In this document: in pieces, positions 36,035-46,858 of the stretch
Layout: each line of letters opens with the position of its first letter
Numbering within the stretch: the first letter of the stretch is position 1
Assembly: GCA_965649825.1 (NCBI GenBank)
Contig: OZ287694.1
Span: forward strand, 433,197-497,196
DNA: 64,000 nt
Direction of reading: 5' to 3'
DNA from: Penicillus capitatus
Taxonomy: Eukaryota > Plantae > Chlorophyta
Notes under the pieces: generated by a model
Told to the model about the DNA's origin: nothing
Databases searched by the model: none
The model's input: only the letters and a program-made list of their open reading frames with translations
Made by a program: the position numbers and the translations under genes

Positions 36035-39000
36035 GAGTATACGGTCATGTCCTTCTTTCCGGGATTCCACCACCAAGTCAGAAAGGTGGACGCCTCATGG
36101 AGACGCCTCCCCTGCATCGCCTTCGGGACTTACTGGCGGGCCCGACGCCTCTAAAATGCGCCCAACGGTCCGCGCCACAACCGGCACGCGGTCTCCGCCG
36201 TTTACGTCAGCGTCTTGTGTGATGGTCTAAAATTGGATACTTTGATACTTCGAAAATTGGATACTTTGATACTTCGAAAATTGGATACTTTGATACTTCG
36301 AAAATTGGATAATTCGATACTTACTTCAGTCAGTGGTACGACTGACGGAACAACGAATACCACGCGTTCGGTGCGTTTGGACTCGAAGTGCGCAAATGGG
36401 GTGAGTATCTCCCAGAAGGAAGGGCGATCGCGAGGACCCCCTCCCCTCCGGAAAGAAAGGAAATCACACGGATGTCCTTCCCCCTGGGATTCCTCGAACA
36501 GGTCGGAAAGGTGGACGCCTCATGGAGACGCCCCCTGCATCGCCTTCGGGACTTACGGGTGGGCCCGACGCCTCTAAAATGCGCCCAACGGTCCGCGCCA
36601 CAACCGGCACGCGGTCTCCGCCGTTTACGTCAGCGTCTTGTGTGATGGTCTAAAATTGGATACTTTGATACTTCGAAAATTGGATACTTTGATACTTCGA
36701 AAATTGGATACTTTGATACTTCGAAAAGTAAGTAGCACGACTGACGGAACAACGAACACCACGCGTTCGGTGCGTTTGGACTCGAAGTGCGCAAATGGGG
36801 TGAGTATCTCCCAGAAGGAAGGGCGATCGCGAGGACCCCCTCCCCTCCGGAAAGAAAGGAAATCACACGGATGTCCTTCCCCCTGGGATTCCTCGAACAG
36901 GTCGGAAAGGTGGACGCCTCATGGAGACGCCCCCTGCATCGCCTTCGGGACTTACGGGTGGGCCCGACGCCTCTAAAATGCGCCCAACGGTCCGCGCCAC
37001 AACCGGCACGCGGTCTCCGCCGTCTACGTCAGCGTCTTGTGTGGTGGTCTAAAATTGGATATTTTGATACTTCAGTCAAGTAAGTAGCACGACTGACGGA
37101 ACAACGAACACCACGCGTTCGGTGCGTTTGGACTCGAAGTGCGCAAATGGGGTGAGTATCTCCCAGAAGGAAGGGCGATCGCGAGGACCCCCTCCCCTCC
37201 GGAAAGAAAGGAAATCACACGGATGTCCTTCCCCCTGGGATTCCTCGAACAGGTCGGAAAGGTGGACGCCTCATGGAGACGCCCCCTGCATCGCCTTCGG
37301 GACTTACGGGTGGGCCCGACGCCTCTAAAATGCGCCCAACGGTCCGCGCCACAACCGGCACGCGGTCTCCGCCGTTTACGTCAGCGTCTTGTGTGATGGT
37401 CTAAAATTGGATACTTTGATACTTCGAAAATTGGATACTTTGATACTTCGAAAATTGGATATTTTGATACTTCAGTCAAGTAAGTAGCACGACTGACGGA
37501 ACAACGAACACCACGCGTTCGGTGCGTTTGGACTCGAAGTGCGCAAATGGGGTGAGTATCTCCCAGAAGGAAGGGCGATCGCGAGGACCCCCTCCCCTCC
37601 GGAAAGAAAGGAAATCACACGGATGTCCTTCCCCCTGGGATTCCTCGAACAGGTCGGAAAGGTGGACGCCTCATGGAGACGCCCCCTGCATCGCCTTCGG
37701 GACTTACGGGTGGGCCCGACGCCTCTAAAATGCGCCCAACGGTCCGCGCCACAACCGGCACGCGGTCTCCGCCGTCTACGTCAGCGTCTTGTGTGGTGGT
37801 CTAAAATTGGATATTTTGATACTTCAGTCAAGTAAGTAGCACGACTGACGGAACAACGAACACCACGCGTTCGGTGCGTTTGGACTCGAAGTGCGCAAAT
37901 GGGGTGAGTATCTCCCAGAAGGAAGGGCGATCGCGAGGACCCCCTCCCCTCCGGAAAGAAAGGAAATCACACGGATGTCCTTCCCCCTGGGATTCCTCGA
38001 ACAGGTCGGAAAGGTGGACGCCTCATGGAGACGCCCCCTGCATCGCCTTCGGGACTTACGGGTGGGCCCGACGCCTCTAAAATGCGCCCAACGGTCCGCG
38101 CCACAACCGGCACGCGGTCTCCGCCGTTTACGTCAGCGTCTTGTGTGATGGTCGAAAATTGGATGGATACTTTGATACTTCGAAAATTGGATACTTTGAT
38201 ACTTCGAAAATTGGATACTTTGATACTTCGAAAATTGGATACTTTGATACTTCGAAAATTGGATACTTTGATACTTCGAAAATTGGATACTTTGATACTT
38301 CGAAAATTGGATACTTTGATACTTCGAAAATTGGATACTTTGATACTTCGAAAATTGGATACTTTGATACTTCGAAAATTGGATACTTTGATACTTCGAA
38401 AATTGGATACTTCGATACTTACTTCAGTCAGTGGTACGACTGACGGAACAACGAATACCACGCGTTCGGTGCGTTTGGACTCGAAGTGCGCAAATGGGGT
38501 GAGTATCTCCCAGAAGGAAGGGCGATCGCGAGGACCCCCTCCCCTCCGGAAAGAAAGGAAATCACACGGATGTCCTTCCCCCTGGGATTCCTCGAACAGG
38601 TCGGAAAGGTGGACGCCTCATGGAGACGCCCCCTGCATCGCCTTCGGGACTTACGGGTGGGCCCGACGCCTCTAAAATGCGCCCAACGGTCCGCGCCACA
38701 ACCGGCACGCGGTCTCCGCCGTTTACGTCAGCGTCTTGTGTGATGGTCTAAAATTGGATACTTTGATACTTCGAAAATTGGATAATTCGATACTTACTTC
38801 AGTCAGTGGTACGACTGACGGAACAACGAATACCACGCGTTCGGTGCGTTTGGACTCGAAGTGCGCAAATGGGGTGAGTATCTCCCAGAAGGAAGGGCGA
38901 TCGCGAGGACCCCCTCCCCTCCGGAAAGAAAGGAAATCACACGGATGTCCTTCCCCCTGGGATTCCTCGAACAGGTCGGAAAGGTGGACGCCTCATGGAG

Positions 39001-39240
39001 ACGCCCCCTGCATCGCCTTCGGGACTTACGGGTGGGCCCGACGCCTCTAAAATGCGCCCAACGGTCCGCGCCACAACCGGCACGCGGTTTCCGCCGTCTA
39101 CGTCAGCGTCTTGTGTGGTGGTGTGCGAGAGGATACTTTGGTACTTCGTATGACGGAACGACCAATACGACGTGTTCGACGCATCGGATTCAAACTTTGG
39201 AACTGCAGGGGAGTATCTCACGGAAAGAAAGAATGACGGA
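36035..39240. repeat. Nested tandem array: 7 full near-identical units (425, 399, 352, 400, 352, 595, 375 bp) plus degenerate flanking copies, each carrying 1-10 copies of a 24-bp subrepeat
   Basis: Anchor gaaaggtggacgcctcatgg at 36081, 36506, 36905, 37257, 37657, 38009, 38604 and 38979; 24-mer atactttgatacttcgaaaattgg. Confidence 0.98.
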
Positions 39241-41477
39241 AAGTGGAGTGCGTTATCACTTATATACCTTTCAGTTGATGTGACGTTGTCACTTCATTTT
39301 GTCGCTCGATTAGCCAATCGCGACGCGAGTTTTAAAGAACAACCGTCGGAAGAGGAAGCTGCAAAGAAGCGTCGATTCGGCCGGTGGCCAATCACGCTAC
39401 GGTAGAGGAATTATCGCTCTTCTTGTTACTCCGACTTCCGCACCATGCGTAGCGACGGTCGAAGCCCGTGCCTTAAGCACAAGGGTCACAAAATGTCAAG
39501 CAAATGCCGATCTTGATAATCATAGCGATATATGTCGCTATCACCGAGACCTCCGTGGCGATATGACTGACTTGTTGTGAAAGGGCGGGTCGTCTTTTTC
39601 AAAGAGGTGCTAGCTGTCCTGTCACGCAAGGTCTAAGTTCGTTAGGGGATTTTATTTTTTGCTTCTGTGGATTTGATGTTTAATTTGCCTAGAAAGTCAT
39701 CAGAAGGGGGCTCAAGTTGTGAATTGCTTTCCGACCTCTAAAACGTTTGTTCTCCACCCTGGCCGATGACAACGTCAATCGCGAATTCCGCCGACACTCA
39801 TTCCATTGTTGTGTTGTTGTGTTAAGCAAACACGCCCCTAACAATGAGCTCATCTACTTACACTTGTGTCGATCTCCAAGCGACAGGTCGTAGGTTCGCT
39901 ACACCTTCTCATCCAAAAATAGACCCGCGGCCTCTACGTCACAGATTCACAATAGCTTCCGGAATCTTCGCAGAATATTCCTTTTTTCCTACTTACTACA
40001 GCACCCTATAAAAGCGTTGTAGATGTACAGACCTTGTCTTTCGTTTGTAAGACTTTACGTTTCACAGGTTTACGTGCGCCCACCTTGAAAATTGTTTCCA
40101 TCTAAAAACCTACGCGACAGTGTTAAGCCACATCGCTCTTAATATGAGCTCATACATAATCTATTTACACGCATGTCAATCTCTAAATAACAGGTCGTAG
40201 GTTCTCGGTGACTTCCCTCCACCTTTCTATCTAAACATACGCCCGTGCCTTCTATATCACAGATTCCGAGCAGATTCCGGAATATTCTTCTTTTGTTACT
40301 AAAAATAATCTCGCGCCCCCTTGATGTCACATCACTAAAACACTATAAAAAACTGTCAAGCGGGAGGCGCCGGTCGCGCTCGAGAGAAAACCAACAGTGG
40401 AAGACTTTTGAAGTTTGGAAGGCAAGGTCGTCATCGCCGGGATTTCCTTGTCGATGTGACTGCCTTGTTTGCAATGGGTCATCCGTGGGAAAGGGCGTTT
40501 GTTCTCATTTCACAAGAAAAAATGTCACGGGAAGCGCCGCGCTAAACGAACCTAACAGTGGAAACAAAGGACCGTTTTTTCAGAGCAAGATCTAGAACGG
40601 TTCGAATTGCCGATTAAACATGTGCATTATGACGTACGTGACTTTCTAGGCAGTCGTGTCTTTATAGCGTCAGAACCAGAGAACCATGTCCCCAGACGCA
40701 GCCGAACTCCATTTAAAAAGAAAGGCAGAGCTCCTTGACACAGATGACCCCTTCAGAACAAGACAATCACTTCACCGGAGCAAATCTTGGCGACAAAGAC
40801 CTTGTTAGCTCTGGCTCAAAAATGTTGTGTTATGAAGACAGTGAATGACGTGACATGAGTTGCTGGCATGAGCCAAACGTTTGCACACGAAACTGTCGCC
40901 AAGATTTCCTTGTTGATGTGACTGTCTTGCTGGGCAAGGTTCAGGTGTTGTCAGGGGCGCTGGCTATCTTGTCATATCGGTTCAATGGGGACTAAAGGGC
41001 CGTTTTTTATGGTGCTGGCAGCGTGCTGGCTCGCCCGCCTAGGAAGTCGCTTCATCGCGCACGTATTTTGTGAACAGTCTGAATCATTCTAGACCTTGCT
41101 CCATAAACAAACAAGTCTTCTGCTGTTAGGCTCGTTTAGCGCGACGCCTCCGCGTGACAGAAACCGTTTTGCAGACGAACGAACCCCTGACCGACAAGAT
41201 CGGCTGTATGCAGTGTCGTCGGCGGCAACGACGTTGCAGCTTATCTCGTTCGATCATCGCGAAGAGAGTCGAGAGGCGTGGCATTTTCGTCACGTCACAG
41301 TCACATACTAAAAATGTCGCAGAGAAAGCACAAGGCTCACTCTATAAGGTGCATGATGCAGGTCACTTTTGTAGCATAGGTAAGGAAGTAATGTCCCGTC
41401 ACAGCTTTGAACATTAAGCCCGTTTAAGACTCAGCTTAAGAAAGAAAAAGCTTTCTGGGTAATAGATGTCGGTTCGT

Positions 41478-44400
41478 TCATGCCTCGACGGCCGATTGCT
41501 CGGCACTCTCGGGGTCTCCAGGTGTTTGATACAACTTCTTAAGCAGATGTTTGACTTCGTAGCTGATCCAGTGCGCCAGAACGCCGAACATGCCAGCATC
41601 AGATGCGACGTGCTCGTCGCTCTCCCTCAGCTTATACTTCAAGTACTCAGCTGCGAACTTGAGAATGTAGAAAACAAAAATGCAAAATGCGACGACATTC
41701 AACAAAGCGCATGCGACTGTAAGAAGCTCGCGAGTGAAGTTTTCTGGGTAGCCCTCGTCTTTGAGCATGACAGCTGCCAAGGACGTCGCCAGTGACACAA
41801 AAAGAGACGCCAGTTCCATTCCGTTGAGATCTTTAAACTCTTCGCGGTACGGCATCGCCAGAATCTGAGCCACGATAGCAAGCGTGATGACATATGCGAC
41901 GCCGGTGATCGGCACGCCACTGTCGAACAGGTGAGCGCAGAACACAAGAAAGGCGATGGCGGCCTTCCTCGCGACGATGGCGACTTCCCAGTATCGACGA
42001 AGATCCATTCTGTAAGATCGGTAAAGAAATCCCGTCGTCTGGTACGCCCAGCTGCGCTTGTGGATGAGATGCTGTGGTGGACTCTTAAGAAAGACGACGA
42101 AGAGTGTCAGCAGTCCGCCGTACACTGGACACACAAATGCAACAACCACTAAATAGACGAGTTTCCAGTGGTCGCCTTCGTAGCACCTCATGCCCGTGTC
42201 GACAGCCCAGTATATGTAAGTCGCGTCGATCTCCGCGAAGTCTGCCGAGTCATGCACGTCGACGCAGAGGAAGACGCTTAGTGCGGTCTTCAGCACGGGC
42301 ACGAGAGTGACGTACCAAATGACCATCGCCGAAAGCAAGCATCTCTTGGACAGATAGCGCTGAAGTCCGTCGCTTCCGGATCTCGTCGATTTTGCCGTCC
42401 AAAACACGATCCAACAGAGAAGCACAGCGCAGGGAACAACGCACACGCTGACGATGAGTGCCATTACCGTCGGCTGTAAGGACTGGTGATTTGAGGTCAG
42501 ACACACGACCGAGCGTCGAATGCCATCAGACGCCAGACCTCCAAATAACTCTGGAAACACCACCACAGTTCACAAGCCGTGAGACTGAAGAGAATCTGGC
42601 CTTACCTGCCACTGCCGCCATAACGATCACAGAGATCGCCCATCCCACGTCAAGGGAAGCCAAAAGAACAGTCGTCTGGACGTAGCTCAAAGTGATCTAC
42701 AAGACAACGAGTTCACTGAGAGAAGAAGAGATCGACTTTCCACCTTGAGCATCTCGACGGCTTTCCACTTGGCCAAAGTTATTCCGGAAGCAGGCACCCC
42801 GACGGCTTGGACCTACAGTGTGCTTACTCATTTGGGTGGATGCGCTGATGATATCCTTTACACCCACTTCCGTTCGCAAACGTGGCGATTCAACGATTTC
42901 CGTCGATGAAGACGGTGTCCTCAGGCTACGTGTCTGCACGTTGTCTCCGCGCAGAGCGCCGACCGTGCCGTGGATCGTAATGCCTGTGATTCCTAGGAGA
43001 ATTATCGCCGATGTCAGAATGTAGGCCACATTGAAAAACCCCTTGAGGCATTTTTTGCACTTGGACGACAGACCAGATCCGAAGTCTTCTTCACAGGATC
43101 CACAAAGTGGGCCCGTGTGCCCCTTATGAAGAAACAGACAGATGATTCAACCATCTGAACAGTCGAGAATGCAGCTTACCTCGGCGCACTGAGCTTGCGT
43201 GTATTTCTCGAGCCATTCTTCTTCGAAATCACAGCTCGAGACGTCTTCAACCATGGTCTTCAAGTCATTGGAGCGGTCTTGAAATTCACAGGCGGAGGTC
43301 GGTAGACATCTGTGAAGCTTGTCTGAACATGGCGTCTTCTGCCAGTAGCCGTCTTCTGGTGCGATAGCACGAGACTCGCAGTTGCCATTCTCCGGACAGG
43401 GCTGACAATGTTTCGCAGAATGGAAGAAGTTGTACGTCGTGCTGCTGCAGTCCTCGCAAAATCCAGCTGTCGACACAAACTCGCCGACGGAACAGTTGTG
43501 GACTCTCACAGTAATCCCGATGTCCTGGATCGCCTCTCTGTTAAATTCGACCGTCAGATTGTACTCTCCTGGAGGTACGAAGGTTTTGATGGATCGAAAA
43601 GTGCAGGATCATTCTCCATCGGCAACAGAATCGGCCAAAATAAGAAGTCGCTACTCAGTGAGGACATGTTAGCATTGACTCGGCGGAAGAGTTTTGCAGT
43701 TATTTGCCCCAATCCGTCGAGCAGCTTCACTGTCGCCGCCGGCAGATCTGTGCCAACTTGGTACCCGTCTACCATACAGTTCTCTCCTCCGCTCACACAG
43801 ACGGTCTTGTTTGTATCGTCGAGTGTCATCTGTGCAGCTGAGGCATGTGTGCCGATATCCTGCCCGTAAGCCTCAGCTCGATTGCCCTTCCACGATGAGC
43901 AGATGTCCTTATCCGATTCGACGTGTCTCAGGTCTTTCCACTCTTGCTCCGTGTAGAAGTCTAATCCAGCGTCCGACGAAGCGTCAGTACAACGAAAGCG
44001 GATAGCTTCTAAATATCCAGTGAAGACGGCTCCTCCAGCAATGCCGGCTTCGTTGTTCGAGAACGTTGTCTCTACCAAAGCCATGACGGGACAGTCGGTG
44101 CTGTTGGCGAGGCATTCCTCTATGCTATTGCTGCAGTCGAAGAAGAGTCCACCTGGGGATACATATCGTTAAAAAGCTGTACGTACAGCACGAGTGCATA
44201 CCTCCCATCCTCGCCACGTTGTTCTCAATGTGGCTTTGGACTAATTGCAAGGCGAGATTCTGCTCAAAGTCGGCATCAAGGAAGATTACGCCGCCTTGGC
44301 CTTCCTTCGCTGAGTTGCTGTTAAGCTTGCAGTCCGAACAGAGGACGGTTGATGACGCAAAGCCATACACACCACCACCGCTTTCGTCCGCTTCGCAATG

Positions 44401-46858
44401 AAGAATCGAGAGGTTGTGCGCTACCAAGTGAGACTCCTGTAACCAGATTGCTCCACCGTTCTTGGACTTTGCTCGTTCAATCGCAGAGTCGACGATAAGA
44501 AGCGAGCTGTTTTCACTTACTGCAGCAAAACCACCAGAGATTTCCGCAGAGCTGCCAAAGAATTGTGATTGCGCGATATCCAGGCTTGAATACCACGCCC
44601 GGACAAAGCTTCCATGTTTGGATTTGCTGTTGACAGCGGTGGTGTGCTCCGCTGTTACCTTCGACTTCCACGCATACATGAAGCCTCCATCGTCTCCTGC
44701 GCCATTGGATGTCGCGTTCGTGTACTGGAGCGTCACATTTGACTGCTCAATGTAGGCAAAACCGCCACGCGTTTGTGCACTGTTCTTCAGCGCAGACGTA
44801 TCCTCCATCTTCATCCTCGAGTTCCACACGAACATGAAACCGCCAAGGTCTCCCGCGCTATTCGATGTAGCGTTCGTGTGCTGGAGGGTCACATTCGACT
44901 GCTCAATGTGTGCGAAACCGCCACGCGCTTCTGCGCTGTTTTTCAGCGCGTTTATATCTTCCAGCTTCAACCTCGAGCTCTTCGCAAACATGAAACCGCC
45001 AATGTCTCCCGCGCTATTAGATGTCGCATTCGTCTGTTGTAGTGTCACATTCGACTGCTCAATGTGGGCAAAACCGCCACGCGCTTCTGCGTTGTTTTTC
45101 AGAGCGGACGTATCCTCCATCTTCAACTTCGAATTTTTCGCAAACATGAAGCCGCCAAGGTTTCCTGCGCTATTGGACGTCGCGTTCGTGTGCTTGAGTG
45201 TCGCATTCGACTGCTCAATGTACGCGAAACCGCCACGTGCTCTTGCACTGTTCGCCAGCGCGGATGTATCCTCCAGCTTCACCGTTGAGTTCCACGAGTA
45301 GATGAAGCCGCCAAGTTCTCCTGCGCTGCTGTTCGCCGCGTTTGTGTGCTTGAAGTTCGCTCTTGAGTGAATGAGGTAGACACAACCACCTTCCTTGGAG
45401 CCAACGTTGTTAATGAAACTTGAGTTGAGCACGGAAACATTCGTCTTTTCGGCAAAGATTGCTGCCCCTCTGAAGCCTTCAGTTTCAAAGATGACGCTGT
45501 CTTCTATCTGGGCAGACGACTTGACCAAATGAAAGCAGGGACTCTTCATTCCGTCGGCGATACGTGAATCGAGAGAATTCCGGCTAAACACCGTTTTCGA
45601 CACTGAAAGAGAGCTGTCTTGAATTCGGATAACTGTGAGCTTGTTTCCTCGAACCGTGAATCCTCGGATCGTGGTGTTGGATGAGTCAACCCCATAGAGC
45701 AAGGAAGATTGCTGCCCACTGGTTGCGGCCATTCTGTTTCCGAAAGCGACGCAGTTTTCCAACCGGTTCGTCTTTCCTAGATGGACACCGCAGGCCTCGC
45801 CAGAACAGACGTTCTCCGTGATCTCCACTTCCATTATCTCGAGTTCAGAACAGGACGAGGAGGGCATTCGAACTCCGGAAGCTGCTATTAGGCTGTTCTT
45901 TCGAAAGACGACTCGGTGCAGAGCTACGAGGCCGTAGGTTTCTTGGGAATGGCATGCTTCGACGTCAACAACCGCTTGGGATCCATCTGTGCCGTCGAAT
46001 GCACACTCTTCAATGACGAGATCGACGAAAGTGACATTCACGGACCTACAAGCGAAGCGAGAATGACCATCATTCTCACTCGAAGCGGTCTTACTGGACG
46101 AGAAAGAGGCCAGAGTTCTTGTGAGGACATGTGAATGTTGTCTTTGTTTTCGGGGTGAGATTGACGCCGTCATTAGAGTCGGCGTCTTCGATTTGGGTCA
46201 TGAGGGTCAGTTGCCAGGGAATGGTGACTCGCGACGATGGGCGCACGACGTCTGTCGCGTCAAACGACAGAACATCGCCTTCTTTGGTGCAATTGACAAT
46301 CTCTTGGAGATCGTTGTCGATTTCTTCAAGCACCGTGCCGTCGACGAGCCATGTTTTGCCATCGGCAGTCGTGTATCTTTCTGTAGCATCATGCGTCAAC
46401 GCACATTCAAAACCTGACACGCCAGAACACCATCGAAAATCGGCGTTCGATATAGCGAATAGAAAATGCCGAACCTGTATTGATTCCGCCACCGAAGCCG
46501 TTGAACTGAGAAAGAGCGCGCGCGTCGTTTACCATCTATGGACAACAAACGAGATGGTTTATGCTCTTACTGCCGAATGGCGGCGGGGGAATTCGACATT
46601 ACGTTTCGAAAGAGGTCGGAGGATAAAGCTGCAGGTGTTTTGGAAACCATGAGTGGCGATTCGTTGTCCGTTTTGCCTAAAACACGAGACAGCACCGCTA
46701 AAGAGTTACGGTGAAGTTAGCGTAAGAGAACCGTCTTTGGCCGAAGCGGCATCTGGAGGACGCGGGGACGCGCTCTGAACAGCGCGTAACAGTCCGACTC
46801 CACGCGCGAAGACGCAGCAGAACAGACAGAGCTCGAGGCAAGACAGAGTTCTTCGCAT
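41478..46858 (-). pseudogene. Second Pmp-like beta-helix/Cys-rich/multi-TM gene with an apparent 1-nt frameshift near 43610
   Basis: Signal peptide MRRTLSCLELCLFCCVFARGVG; GGF/GGA-FxxN repeats; Cys-rich CEDCSS..CQPCPENGNC..GYW; TM exon with WAVDTGMRCY and YWEVA. The frame jumps between PMEN and SCTFRSIKTFVPPGEYNL. A sequencing error cannot be excluded. Confidence 0.75.
44620..45390 (-). repeat. 156-bp (52-aa = 2 x 26-aa) coding tandem repeat, about 4-5 units
   Basis: GGFA(Y/H)IEQSN(A/V)TL(K/Q)HTNATSNSAG-GGFMFAKNSKLKMEDTSALKNNAEAR repeated in ORF 44125-46173. Confidence 0.9.

Larger units (their letters stand above)
35141..41065. mobile_element. Putative non-autonomous element or relic, ~5.9 kb, bounded by degenerate inverted repeats
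   Basis: The reverse complement of 35141-35312 aligns with 40905-41065 in blocks, with mostly transition mismatches. Both ends abut TA. No transposase or RT ORF was recognised. Confidence 0.45.

Noticed and set aside
36318-36330. ATACTTAC matching the U1 snRNA 5' end
   Set aside because: Only 8 nt match; it is simply the reverse complement of a GTAAGTAT splice donor
36230-38420. CRISPR-like appearance of 24-bp repeats and the long DTLILRKL / GYFDTSKI ORFs
   Set aside because: The repeats are head-to-tail with no unique spacers, the intervening blocks are identical, and there are no cas genes. The ORFs are by-products of a stop-free 24-mer.
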